A stretch of 64,000 nucleotides of DNA from Felis catus (GCF_018350175.1 NC_058383.1:22322001-22386000); one strand, 5' to 3'. Positions 12,245 to 24,429 are shown, counted from the stretch's first letter. The notes: a model not told the origin generated them from the letters alone. Made by a program: numbers and translations.

Positions 12245-12483
12245 GGGGCGCCTGGGTGGCTCAGTCAGTTAAGCGTCTGACTGACTCTTGGTTTCAGCTC
12301 AGGTCATGATCTCATGGTTCATGAGTTCAAGCCCCACATAGGGCTCTGCGCTGACAGTGCGGAGCCTGCTTGGGATTCTGTCTCCCTCTCTTTCTGCCCC
12401 TCCCCCACTTGTGTGTGCGCGTGTGTGCGCGCGCTCTCTCTCTCTCTCTCTCAAAAATAAACAAAAATAAACTTTCAAAAACA
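12245..12483 (+). mobile_element. CanSINE
   Basis: Head, body and tail; degenerate TSD 'aaagatcagatgcag'/'aaagataaaatgcag'. Confidence 0.95.
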
Positions 12484-14064
12484 AAGATAAAATGCAGAGA
12501 GGAAGAGAGACTCAGAAATTGCCCCCACAGTGTCAGCTTCTCGACAGTTGTGGCTCTTCCCTCAAAATTGGCCAGTTGATTCTCAAAGGAAAATACAAAG
12601 TAGCCAAGGCAAACACTGATGGATCCGCAGAATGCTTCTCATAGGCACACAGCACAGGAGGGTTCTCAGCCTACTGTTTCCTTTACCCTGGACCTGATCC
12701 ACAGAGGGTAAGCAACATATCGAAGTGAGACTGTTTATTTTGTATTTATTGTAACAAATGTCTGTGTAGCACTTACAATAAGCCAGACATTCCTTACAGA
12801 TTTTACAAATACTAATACATTTAATCTGCAACACAACCGTGTGACGTAGGTTCCATTATTATCCTCCCTTTACAAAGAAAGTAACTTGCCTAAGGTGCAC
12901 ACCATAGGAAGTGGCAAAAACAGGATTTGAATGAAGGCGGTCTGGGTCCAGTGGCCCTGAACCACCACTTTGCTTACCTCTATGGCAATGAGTGAACCGG
13001 AGCACTCCTAAACCCTGACACTAGATCAATCTATCCTACAGGCATTGGTAAGAAGGCACTTAAAATAGCAAAAAAAAAAAAAAAAAAAAAAGGAAGAGGA
13101 GGAGGAGGAGGGAGAAGGGGGGAGGAGGAGGAGGAAGAAGGGGGGAGGAGGAGGAGGGAGGAGAAAGAACAGTAGCCAAAACAGCTGACGTGGAGCATTT
13201 TCTAAATGCCAAGTGCGGGGCGAAACCATAATAATAATGATAACGGCAATCCTCAGAGCAATGCTAGGAGGTAGCACCATTTTATCATCATTTTGTAGAT
13301 GAGGAAATGGAGAATTTGAAATTGTGTGAGGTTATTCAGCTAGAAAGCGGGAGAGATAGCAGTTGAAGCCAGGTCCGCCTGCCTCCGGAACCTTCACTAC
13401 TAAATTTAAGATCAGTGATCCCCGCAGGTGCAGAATAATAGGAGCCTTGAACTTCAGGGCAGTGGGGCCGTCCACTTAATTTCGTTGACCACAGTACCCT
13501 GGTGATGGCTCCATAAAAGGGAAAAGTACAAAGGGGCGTCTTTGGGGGTTGATTCGAGCGGTGGTACAACTACAAAGGTGAAGGGCAGGAAAAGGGACTT
13601 TACCAAAAACCTCCGGGAGCAGCCCAAGAGAGACTCAGACTTCGAGATGTCGCAAGTGGGAAGAGGCACGGAGGGAGTAAGCACAGAGCTGCTGCTGTCT
13701 ACTAGAACTTGTAGCTGAAGCATTTGCTTTGATGTTGTGTTTTTATCGTCTCTCTCCTGGGACACCTGAGGCTTTGGGCGGGTACTGAACTTTCTCAAAA
13801 CAATAAAAAAATAAAATAAAGAAACAGAAAACAACATTTCCTTCCCTTTTCTTTGCTCTCCCAGAGCTTACCAGGTTCAGGGGCCACACGTGTACTAGTT
13901 TCTCATTCAATGTCATTTACAATCCAGCTTACAGGATCCCTGTCCTTAACCACAGTCTCCCAGACATGTGTACACCCTAAAACTTTTTTCTTTATTAACT
14001 TCTACTTCATCCGTGTTGGGTACCACTGCATGGCGTCTACTAGGTATAGTTTTTATAGCATATC

Positions 14065-14273
14065 TTTTATTTATTTATTTTTTTTAATGTTTATTTTTGA
14101 GACAGAGCATGAACGGGGGAGGGTCAGAGAGAGAGAGGGAAACAGAATCTGAGCAGGCTCCAGGCTCTGAGCTGTCAGCACAGAGCCCGATGTGGGGCTC
14201 GAACTCACAGACCATGAGAACATGACCTGAGCCGAAGTCGGACGCTTAACCGACTGAGCCACCCCGGCGCCCC
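14065..14273 (-). mobile_element. CanSINE
   Basis: Reverse head 'gagccaccccggcgcccc'. Confidence 0.95.
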
Positions 14274-14291
14274 TACTTTTTATAGCATTTC

Positions 14292-14511
14292 TTTTTTTTT
14301 TTTTTAAACGTTTATTTATTTTTGAGACAGAGAGAGACAGAGCATGAACAGGGGAAGGGCAGAGAGAGAGAGGGAGACACAGAATCCGAAACAGGCTCCA
14401 GGCTCTGAGCTGTCAGCACAGAGCCCGACGCGGGGTTTGAACTCACGGACTGCGAGATCATGACCTGAGCCGAAGTCGGATGCTTAACCGACCGAGCCAC
14501 CCAGGTGCCCC
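14292..14511 (-). mobile_element. CanSINE
   Basis: Reverse head 'gagccacccaggtgcccc'; TSD 'tagcatttctt'. Confidence 0.95.
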
Positions 14512-14934
14512 TAGCATTTCTTAATTAAATCAGCAATTCATAAATACACTCCCCTTTTCAAAGGCTAAATTGTTTTTACAAAGTGAAAAAAATGTCTAAC
14601 CTTTTCCTTTCTTATTTTTACTTTGAAATCTTTACTTCGTCCGTAATTTACCCCACCTATAATTTACTTTTGTGTAAGATGTGAGTTAAGAATCAAACTT
14701 GGCATCCTTCCACACGGCCACTCAATTATGCCTGTACCGTTTCTTAAATAAACCATTCTTTTTCCCACTGATCCAAAATGTCACCTTTTGATACACTGAA
14801 TTCCCACATTTCCCAAGACCTTTCCGTCCTCTCTGGGACTCTAGTTTCTTACGCCTCAGCTGGAAGAATTTCAGCAATTATTTGAAATGTGCTTCATGGC
14901 TTAACAATAGGTATTTTATCTTTTAAAAGACATT

Positions 14935-15630
14935 TCTAAGAGGCACTTTCATGCACTGTTGGAGGGTGCATAAATTGGCATAACCTTTTGGAGAGCAATT
15001 TAGCACCGTCTACTACAACTGAAAATGCTCACATCCTCTGCCTGAAAAACCCGACTTCTAAGAATATTCTACAGAAATCCTCACTGAAGTGCCCAAGAAC
15101 GTTTATATCTGCACTGCTCATCGTAAAAACAAAACAAACAAACAAATAAAAAACTGGAAACAATCCAAAGGCCCATCAATAGGGTATTGGTCAAATAACA
15201 AATACAAATTAATATAAATAATATGGTGTCCACCATATTATGGAGTACAATATGGCCATTAAAAAATATGGTAGATCCCGGGGTGCCTGGGTGGTTCAGT
15301 CACGCGCGCTCTCTCTCTCTCTGTCTCTCAAATAAATAAACAAATAAATAAAAGGTAGATCTAAACAAGGTATTGATACAGGAAAAAATCTAAGACATAA
15401 CAGGCCAAAAAAAAGTAATCTGTAAAAATGTACAGAGAATATAATTTCATTTTTGTTAATTAGTAATACCTGCTTATATTTACCCATAAAAGATTTCACA
15501 GGATAGTACACCTAAATGCTAAGTCTGAGACTTTCTATCTAAATTACCTATATATAGTTATATATGGTTACATTCTTTTTAATAAGTGTTTCTTTGGTGA
15601 CAAAAAAGACAAAGATATTTGGTGATTAAA
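14935..15630 (+). mobile_element. Old L1 (L1ME-like) 3' fragment
   Basis: 'gcactgttggagggtgcataaattggcataaccttttggagagcaattt', 'aaactggaaacaatccaaaggcccatcaatagg'. Confidence 0.75.
15280..15353 (+). mobile_element. Internally deleted mini-CanSINE
   Basis: About 23-bp head joined directly to the (CT)n/A tail; TSD 'ggtagatc' at 15270 and 15354. Confidence 0.85.
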
Positions 15631-15645
15631 AAATACAAAAAAAGA

Positions 15646-15800
15646 GGGGTGTCTGGGTGGCTCAGTCAGTTAAGCATTCAACTCTTGATTTAGGCTCACA
15701 CCATGATCTCATGGTTTGTGAAATCGAGCCCCACATCAGGCTCTGCACAGGGCCTGCTTGGGATTCTTTCTCTCCCTCTCAAAACAAATAAACTTTGTAA
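15646..15800 (+). mobile_element. CanSINE (shortened body)
   Basis: Head 'ggggtgtctgggtggctcagtcagttaagc'; TSD 'aaaaatacaaaaaaa'. Confidence 0.9.
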
Positions 15801-16684
15801 AAAATACAAAAAAAACTAAACGTAGACATCAGCTTATGAATGAGTGAGTATGAGATACTCCCATTTGATGAAGGAGGATTCCATGGCACAAGAAGTCAGT
15901 GTAGGAACAAAGCTCAAATCCAAACGAAAATTCTATTCAGCCTGTGGTACAGAGGCCATCCGACCCACTGCACGCTAGCTCTTCAGCAGGAAACAAACCC
16001 ATCTCTGGCCTGACCCCTGCTTCTTGGCCTTGGTCATCCCACATCTACCATGTTCTCCTCCATCAGAAGGCTCTCATCATCACAGACAATTCAGGGCAGA
16101 GTGACAAAGGGCGAGATAAGGTGACACTTCCAAGTCTTGCCCATGGTGGGAGATGTAAATGTTTCACTGGCTCCTGCTAAAAGCCATGAGCAGACAGGTG
16201 AGACCAGTACTTCCCTTTACCTGGTACTGCAGAGCCCAGGACCTTATCTTCCCATTTGCTTATGTAATGTTACAGGCAGCCTTAACTTCTGGGGCTGGAA
16301 CTGTCCAGAGAATACCTCCACCCACCCTAAAGAAAAGACAAAGCCCACAGCCTCTTCTAAGGAATTCCCTGTGGAAGGCTCTTTCTGCAAGAGTCCCTGA
16401 GGCTCCTGTCATATGAAACTAACAGAGTTTCTGTGGTCACAAAAATTAGCCTAGGAGGATTTGCCTGATGCTTCCTTCTGCCCGCCCACCCATATCCCAC
16501 TTAGTAAGTCTTAGATTTATGTATTTCCTTAGTCCTTTTTATAGCATTCATCACATTTAGTGTCTGCCCTCTAACTGTAGACTCTGAGAGCAGTGACTGT
16601 ATCTGTCCTCTTCACTGCTATACTCCTGGAATCTAGCATAGTGTTTAGTACATAAGTAGGTGCTCAATTAACATGTGGTATGGA

Positions 16685-16810
16685 ACTGGATGAGTGGATG
16701 GATGGATGATGCATGGCTGAATGGATGGACGGTTGGATGGTGGGGTGGCTGGATGATGGATGAATGGACGGAGGGATGGATGGCTGAGTGGCTGGACGGT
16801 TGGATGAGGT
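16685..16810. repeat. Degenerate (GGAT)n simple repeat following an L2 3' end
   Basis: ggat/tgga runs after 'catagtgtttagtacataagtaggtgctcaattaac'. Confidence 0.85.
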
Positions 16811-17460
16811 GCCTTGGCATAAATTTTCCATGCCAGACGGTGCCAAATTAAACCAACCAGGGCCTCTCTTGGGTGAAGAGATAAGGAACACAAGCAGATA
16901 GCTTTGGTGAGCTAGAGTGTCCGTGGATAGATACCCACAGCCTTAGCTGTGAGGGCCAACAGAGTACATGGTCTTGGAATAAACATGTGGTTGATGAGAT
17001 CATTTTACCCTCCATCACATCTTGCAGCTAACCCTCACTCCATCTAAGGTATCCCAGACAAGCCTTCCTTTGCAACCTGAAAATCCAGTTAGCGTTCAGG
17101 AATATTTCACCGCCTTCTGGCTTCAGAGCAAGTTTAGGGCCAAAGAAATAATTCTAAGAAGCAGAATTTCAAGCAATGGGGAGACAAGCAGGGAAGTCTT
17201 CCTAAACGTCCTCAATTCACACCAGGAGGGAGGTGATCTACTAAGCCAAACATAATAAAGTCAGCCTTGGCCGTAAAAGGATCTCCACATCCCCTTGATG
17301 TTGTCCCCAGATTCAGTTCTAGAGTACCCTGTGGTGCTATCTACCCACCAACCCAACAGCCCTGTGTCCAGCAGAATTTGGTTCAGGAGATATGAGCGAC
17401 TGTGTGATACACTTAAAGATTGACTCAATTCCTACTGACCTCTCCAGTGCCAAGACTTGC

Positions 17461-17465
<5 letters not shown>

Positions 17466-17510
<45 letters not shown>
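17466..17510. repeat. (CA)n microsatellite
   Basis: Perfect run. Confidence 0.97.
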
Positions 17511-17512
<2 letters not shown>

Positions 17513-17539
17513 CTCCAGCCATACTGAACTCTCAGGCAT

Positions 17540-17915
17540 TGCCCACATGCATCACGCTCTCTCCTCCCATCCTTTGTACATGCTATTTCCTTGGCCTGAA
17601 ACATTCTTCCCCTGATTATTCTTTGCCTGCCTAACTGTAATCCACTCATCTTTGAGTCTCAACAGATAACACCTCTTCTCAGAAGGTCTCCCTGACTTAT
17701 CCCCAAGATTTGAACAGATGTCCTCTTATACAGTCTCAGAATTGCTTGGCTGTACCCTAATTGTGGCATTGCTACACTGTTTTGTAATGCCTATTCTGTC
17801 TCCCAGTTAGATCATCAGCTCCTTGAAAGAAAGACCAAATATCATTCATTGTTGTAAGTCCAGCACGCAATGCTCAATGAATATGCTGAATGAATGAATG
17901 TACAAATGAATGAAT
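17540..17915 (+). mobile_element. L2 LINE 3' fragment
   Basis: 'ctttgtacatgctatttccttggcctgaaacattcttcccc...agctccttgaaagaaagacc...ctcaatgaatatgctgaatgaatgaatg'. Confidence 0.8.
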
Positions 17916-19849
17916 GCACTAACACACCGTGCCCCCTTGCTGCAGCCTTCCTTTCCTGCCATGAAGATCTTCACTCAACCACCCACAAGCTCTTGAGACC
18001 ACAGGAAGAAAATCAAATAATCTCAAAAGCTCTAACCAGCAAATGAAAACAACAGCTAAAATTAAGCATAATTTCTAACAGAATGAGCTCTCAGCAGACA
18101 ATTCGCAATTAATTAAAACAGCCCCTGAGTGTGATGCCCAGTGCTTTCTCCCAGCTGCAGCGGGGCTTTGCCCAGTGCCGGCTGGAGCACTGATGTCCCT
18201 GCTAAACAGGGTGGCCAGTGGGGAGCAGCCCCCAGGGAAAGGCAGTCCCACCATTGGTAGCCAGATCATCCACATTTTCAAGCGAGGCTGGAAACTGTCT
18301 ATGGTTTCGAAATGTCAGCGGCAAATTCAATGATGAAAAAGAAAACCTCCATGGACGGCTAGCTAGCTTTCTCTGGAGTAAATCATGGCGAGAGAGATGG
18401 CTTTGTGGCCTTAGAGAACCACAGTCACGGAGCTCTGCCATTCGTTGACCGAGTACCTTCGACGTAGTTTTCAAACTCCGTGCCTCAGTAAATCAGGAGG
18501 ACGATGGCATCTCAGAGGGCAGGCGTGAAGACGAAGTCCCTGCAATAAGACTCACAGTATCCTGCACGTAGTAAGCGATAAACACGTGCCCTCTCCATAC
18601 AGCTGACTGGGGACCAAGGTCTGCGGCCTCAGCCAGGTGCACTGAGACTCTAAACCTACCGCGCTTGCTCCTACACCTGCCGGTGCAGGTGGTATCGCAT
18701 CCCAGGGCTCCCAGAGCGCCTGGGCCAGCTTCCCTCCATTACCCAGATCTGTAAGCGGAGCATTTCCATGGCAATAACCTGCTCCACAAAAGGTACGGTA
18801 AATATTTACTACTTTTTCGCACATTTCACATTATTTGGGTCTAACTACCTAACTGGCACTCTCCACCGCTCCAGAAAAATGGCAATGGAGAAGCCAAGCC
18901 TCCAGGGAACTAAACGGAAGTGCCTTCAGCAACAGGGACATGGGCCGCCCGCATGGGCAAGCAAGAGTGTCACATGGCCCCAGATCTAGAGACTTCAGGG
19001 GGTCTGCTCACAAGGATGTCCCCAGAGCTGCTTACTCCCCCCTCCAGCCGCCCCATCCTCTCAGCGGCAAAAGCAATACATTGCAAATATTCTTAACACC
19101 CCCCCCAAATCCCTCTCTCCCTCTCTCCTCAGCCCCCAACACCCACACACATCCACGGAGCCTCTCAGAGATTTTTAAAGCCTTGTTCACACATTCACAG
19201 AACATGATACCACTCAGAGTTCCAAATGATAAACCCTCTACGTGTGTGTGTGCACGCACACACACACACACACAACCCCACTGTGTCTGCTCAGGAAGGG
19301 AGAGCATCCCCTGGAATAAGGGGTGGGGGGGGGGGGATGCTTCTCTGCTCCGGGCTTTTGAAATGTCAGCTGAGCCAGAGAAGAGCTTGTGATTCACTCC
19401 CTGACTCACCCCCATCTCTGCAGTGAACGCAGCACACAGATTTTCATTCACTCCCTCATTCAGGCATGAAACCTGTTTTCAGCAAAAAAAAAAAAAAAAG
19501 GAAGGAGAAGAAGTGATGGAAGGAAGGAAGGAAGGAAGGAAGGAAGGAAGGAAGGAAGGAAGGAAAAAAGAAAAAACTCATTCAGGCACAAAACTCTGTG
19601 CCCAGACTTGCACCAGTCCCCAAAGAGACATAGAAAAATAAAATGCAGTTCCTGCCCTCAAGTTTTTCAGTCTGATGGCTGGGCAGGGGAGCAGCTCACT
19701 ACCAATCAGTGTAGTAAGTTCTATGGCAGAGGAGAAGCAGCTAGAAGCTTCGTGGAGGACAACACATTCGACTGTACGAGCATGAAAGGTTTGCATGACA
19801 AAAGAAGTCATAAGCAGGAAGGAATGACACAGGACAGACCAGGGGGACC

Positions 19850-20110
19850 TATTTTCAACATATATCACAGATAATGGATTTGTATCTGCAATATATAAAG
19901 ACAGCTACTATCAATCAATAAGAATCCCACTAGGAAAAGGCAACAAAGTAATACAAAGAGGAAATTTCCAGAGAAAGAAATACAAATGGGCAAGGAGCAT
20001 ATGAAGATATGCCCGGTTTCGTGAATATCTGGGAAACAGGATTTAATACAAGATAGTTTTCCACCCATTAGATTGGCAAAAAATTGATGCCCAGTGTTGG
20101 CAACCATGTG
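19850..20110 (+). mobile_element. Old L1 (L1ME-like) fragment that supplies most of the tandem-array unit
   Basis: 'tttccagagaaagaaatacaaatgggcaaggagcatatgaagatatgc...ttttccacccattagattggcaaaaa...cagtgttggca'. Confidence 0.75.
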
Positions 20111-20786
20111 GGTTGAATGCATGATGAGAGAATGAAAGAATGTAGAGTTGACCCTTGGGAAACAGGATTTAATACAAGATAGTTTTCCACCCATTAGATT
20201 GGCAAAAATTTGATGTCCAGTGTTGGCAACCATGTGGGTTGAATGCATGATGAGAGAATGAAAGAATGTAGAGTTGACCCTTGGGAAACAGGATTTAATA
20301 CAAGATAGTTTTCCACCCATTAGATTGGCAAAAAATTGATGTCCAGTGTTGGCAACCATGTGGGTTGAATGCATGATGAGAGAATGAAAGAATGTAGAGT
20401 TGACCCTTGGGAAACAGGATTTAATACAAGATAGTTTTCCACCCATTAGATTGGCAAAAAATTGATGTCCAGTGTTGGCAACCATGTGGGTTGAATGCAT
20501 GATGAGAGAATGAAAGAATGTAGAGTTGACCCTTGGGAAACAGGATTTAATACAAGATAGTTTTCCACCCATTAGATTGGCAAAAAATTGATGTCCAGTG
20601 TTGGCAACCATGTGGGTTGAATGCATGATGAGAGAATGAAAGAATGTAGAGTTGACCCTTGGGAAACAGGATTTAATACAAGATAGTTTTCCACCCATTA
20701 GATTGGCAAAAAATTGATGTCCAGTGTTGGCAACCATGTGGGTTGAATGCATGATGAGAGAATGAAAGAATGTAGAGTTGACCCTT
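20031..20786. repeat. Tandem array, exactly 6 x 126 bp, near-identical units
   Basis: Units start at 20031, 20157, 20283, 20409, 20535 and 20661; only two variant bases seen (20090 C vs T, 20209 T vs A). Confidence 0.98.
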
Positions 20787-21325
20787 GAACAACGTGGGGG
20801 TTCGGGGACGTTGACCCTGACACAGTCAAAAAATCTGCATATAACTTCTGACTCCCCACAACGTAACTACTACTGACCTACTGTTGACCAGAAGCCTTAC
20901 CGTAACATAAACAGTCGATCAACACACATTTTGTATATGTATTCTGTACTGTATTCTTGGAATAAAGTAAGCTACAGAAAAGAAAATGTTATGAAGAAAA
21001 TCATGAGGAGGGGCGCCTGGGCAGCGCAGTCGGTTAAGCATCCGACCCTTGGTTTCGGCTCAGGTCATGATCTCACTGTTCATGTTGGGCTTGCCATTGA
21101 CAGCATGGAGCCTGCTTAGGATTCTCTCTCTCCCTCTCTCTGCCTCTCCCCTCCTCTCTCTCTCTATCTCTCTCAAGATAAATAAAGAAATATTTTTTAA
21201 TAAAGAAGAAAATCATCAGGAAGAAAACATACATTTACAATGCTGGACTGCGTTTCTTGAAAAATAATCCACACATACATGGACCCACACAGCAGTTCAA
21301 AGTCCTGTTGTTCAAGGATCGGCTG
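20775..21325 (-). mobile_element. Tigger2a-like non-autonomous DNA transposon with a nested CanSINE
   Basis: TIRs 'gagttgacccttgaacaac' and 'gttgttcaaggatcggctg' flanked by TA (20773-74, 21326-27); internal 'ctactgttgaccagaagccttaccgtaacataaacagtcgat'. Confidence 0.88.
21010..21205 (+). mobile_element. CanSINE nested in Tigger2a
   Basis: TSD 'aagaaaatcatgagga'/'aagaaaatcatcagga'. Confidence 0.93.
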
Positions 21326-22172
21326 TACAGTAAGGCACCTTCCACGTGAGGGAATGAGCACTGTTACCTCACTGTTCCCTTCCCTCCTCCGGTGTTCCTG
21401 GCACAAAACAGACACTCAGCAACCCCCTGCAGAATAGCGTCAAATAGCGGAAGCATGGCTACACAGCAGAGCTTCAGAGGATTGTTATCCTTCAAACCCT
21501 TCTTGATGGCTCTTCTGGGATGTGGGGGGTGATTGCAAGTAGCCCAGTGGGTCTGAGAGCAGGAGCTGGGGACAAGGCAAGAACAGGGACCCAGCTACCC
21601 AGGGACCAAAGTGCTCCTCGGATGACCACCACTCCTCCTATCCTCACCAAAGGCAAACCGGGGGTGCTCAGACATTCCTCTTGCCCACAGACAGAAATGG
21701 GGAACAGGGAGAAGGGAGGTTTGCATGTGACTGTTCCCTGTGGAGAATAGGGAGGAAACAGAACCAGGAATGAGAGGCAAAGTATCGAGCAAGGTGGTGC
21801 CTTTTGCTAAAAGTGAAACAGCAGGCAGATACCACTGTCAAAAGCAGAGCCACGCCTTAGAGATGGGGGCTCAAGGGGCCGCAGATACGAGGAGGCCCCT
21901 TCTGTTCTACCCACTAGTGGAAAGAGCCAACACTTACTGTTTACTCTGTGCTGGGCACTGGCCTAAGACTTTCAGGTGCCCTATCTCTACGGCCCTCTGA
22001 CATAAGTACTCCCGGGCCTATTTTACAAAGGAACTCAGAGAAGTTAATCAACTTACAGGAGGCCACACAGCTTGGCAATGGCAGCACTGGGGTTTGAACG
22101 TAGGTCTATCTGACTCCAAAACTCCCTGCTCTCAACTACACGGCTTGACTCTTAGCTGGCCTCATGCTAGTT

Positions 22173-22406
22173 AGTCAACCCTCAAGGAAGAAATCCTGCC
22201 CTGTAATGGGTCAGGACCAGACAGGGGTTTATCCACCAGTGGGAAAAGGGAAGTCAACTCCCAAGAAGGAAGTCCCATCCTGTAATGGGTCAGGACCAGA
22301 CAGGGGTTTATCCACCAGTGGGAAAAGGGAAGTCAACTCTCAAGGAGGAAGTCCCACCCAGTAATGGCTCAGGACCAGACGGGGGTTTATCCATTGGTGG
22401 GAAAAG
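22173..22406. repeat. Tandem repeat, about 3 x 79 bp
   Basis: 'gtaatgg(g/c)tcaggaccagac(a/g)ggggtttatcca' recurs at 22203, 22282 and 22361. Confidence 0.95.
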
Positions 22407-23879
22407 CAGGAGCACAATTTAGCGGGGAAGGGTCCAGCAGACCAGATATCTAGGGAGGGAACCACTATTATCATTCGGGGCACAAAGAGTCTGGAACCTG
22501 GGTTACTTCTGGGCTTAGGTGAGTGTAGGTGTGCCTCACTGTTCTCCCCACCCACATCTGTTTCCCCTAGAGGGAGCAACAGGAAAAAAAAAAACCCTTC
22601 AAATCAGAAGAGCCCATGCCACTGTAGACAGAAGCAGCAAGGAAGTGGGCAGCTGGGTGGGCCACATCCGCCCTGCAGCCGGGCTCCTTGGGGTATCATG
22701 GGTGGTGGCAATGCTGGGGAGAGTGAAGGAGGCTGGTCCCTCAGCCCAGGAGAGGAAGGGAGGAGAGGCTCCCTTGAGACACAATGCATCCATGAGACAC
22801 AATGCAGAGTCAGGTCTAGCACTCCTAGATCTCATGGAGACCTGGGGCCTAACCATGAGACCTCAGGCAGTTGACTTAGTTTCTCATCTGTGAAATGGGC
22901 ATAAGAATGGTATAGTCCTAGGGAATGGAGTTAGGACTGGGGGCAAGAATGGAGATACCACTACTTAAACCAACTTGAACCTGCCTGGCTTTGAGCCCAC
23001 CAGACCACCCCTCTGCCACTAAATTGGAAACTCTCTAAGAGAAACTGTCTACTGTAACTCCAGCACCTACAACCATGTGTGGCACATAGTAGGCACCCGA
23101 TAAATATTGCTTGAATTGGTATGTACTAGGTGCTCAAAATTATTTGTTGGGAAAAAAAATAGAGAGGTGAGAAGGAATGAAAGCACATAAAGACAGAGAG
23201 GAAGGGACAGAGGAAGCTGGACCCCCTGGTAGGCTCCCGGCCCAGGAGAAGCAGCTGAGGTCGACCAGTTAGTCAATCCGCCTCCTTTGGAGTTCTAGCC
23301 AGAAGAATATTAACTACTCTGTCCCAGTTAATGGGACCAAGTAGTGCTGATCAGTAGGTGATGGCTGGGCTCACTCTCGGACCAGTCTCTGGGATTGAGC
23401 CAAGGTAACCTTTCTTTTCCTTTTCTAAGGAGGTTCTTTTCTCCTTTGCATGTGAATCTCATTCTCTTTCCCCCAGCATCCACCTTTAAGGCTCCGGTAG
23501 AGTGCAAACACTCAAATGGTCATCTGTGGTCTGCAAACTCTGGGCCCAAACCACATGTTTACACCTGAATCACTGTCACTAGAACAGTCTGTCACTGTCA
23601 CTATCACTAGAACTGTCTCTATTACCACTCCTCAGGAAAAAAAGTGTATTGTCAGTAAAAACCCCAACATAATAATGGGGTGCTCAGGCACCCCATAATA
23701 ATGGGGTGTCCAGGCAGGGTGCTAAGCACTTTATATGCTTACCTCACTTAATCCTTTCAGCAATCCTTTGAAGTAGACTTCCAGGGTCCCATTTTACAGA
23801 TGAGGAAACTGAGGGCTAGACAGAAGATGTAACATACTCCTTCGCAACTGTGTCCACCTGGTAACCTACTCTACTCATT

Positions 23880-24100
23880 TTTTTTTTTTTAATTTCTTTT
23901 TAACGTTTATTTTTGAGACAGAGAGAAACAGAGCATGAATGGGGGAGGGGCAGAGAGAGAGGGAGACACAGAATCGGAAGCAGGCTCCAGGCTCCGAGCC
24001 ATCAGCCCAGAGCCCGACGCGGGGCTCGAACCCACGGACCACGAGATCGTGACCTGAGTTGAAGTCAGACGTTTAACCGACTGAGCCACCCAGGCATCCC
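23880..24100 (-). mobile_element. CanSINE (SINEC_Fc-like)
   Basis: Reverse element; TSD 'tctactcatt'. Confidence 0.95.
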
Positions 24101-24429
24101 TCTACTCATTCTTTAGGTGGCCTCTTAGCAAAGCTGTCCCTGAATGAAGCCTCTCTCCAATACTGTCCTGGCAGAATGAGCCAGCCCTGTTATTCTCTGG
24201 TATTAAAAGGTGCCTTATGAAACTCATCCTTTGACCTTTGACAGCCCAGTGAAGTGAGCGGAGAGGGTGTGGCTCCTAGAATCCACTCTGCTGCTGATCA
24301 CAGTAACAGATACATTATTTAACTTCTCTGAGCCTCAGCTGCCCCACCTGTAACAGGGGGAAAGGAATCCTGGATGCCGGAGTTACTGCAAGGGTTACTG
24401 CTACTCATCGTTGCCCCATTTATACTCCC

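Noticed and set aside
19865..20752. 295-aa ORF as an annotated CDS
   Set aside because: Its length is fully explained by the 126-bp tandem array plus antisense L1. There is no homology or promoter/splice support.
20031..20786. Regularly spaced repeats as a CRISPR-like array
   Set aside because: The units are contiguous and identical with no unique spacers, they derive from L1 and Tigger sequence, and the context is a mammalian genome with no cas genes.
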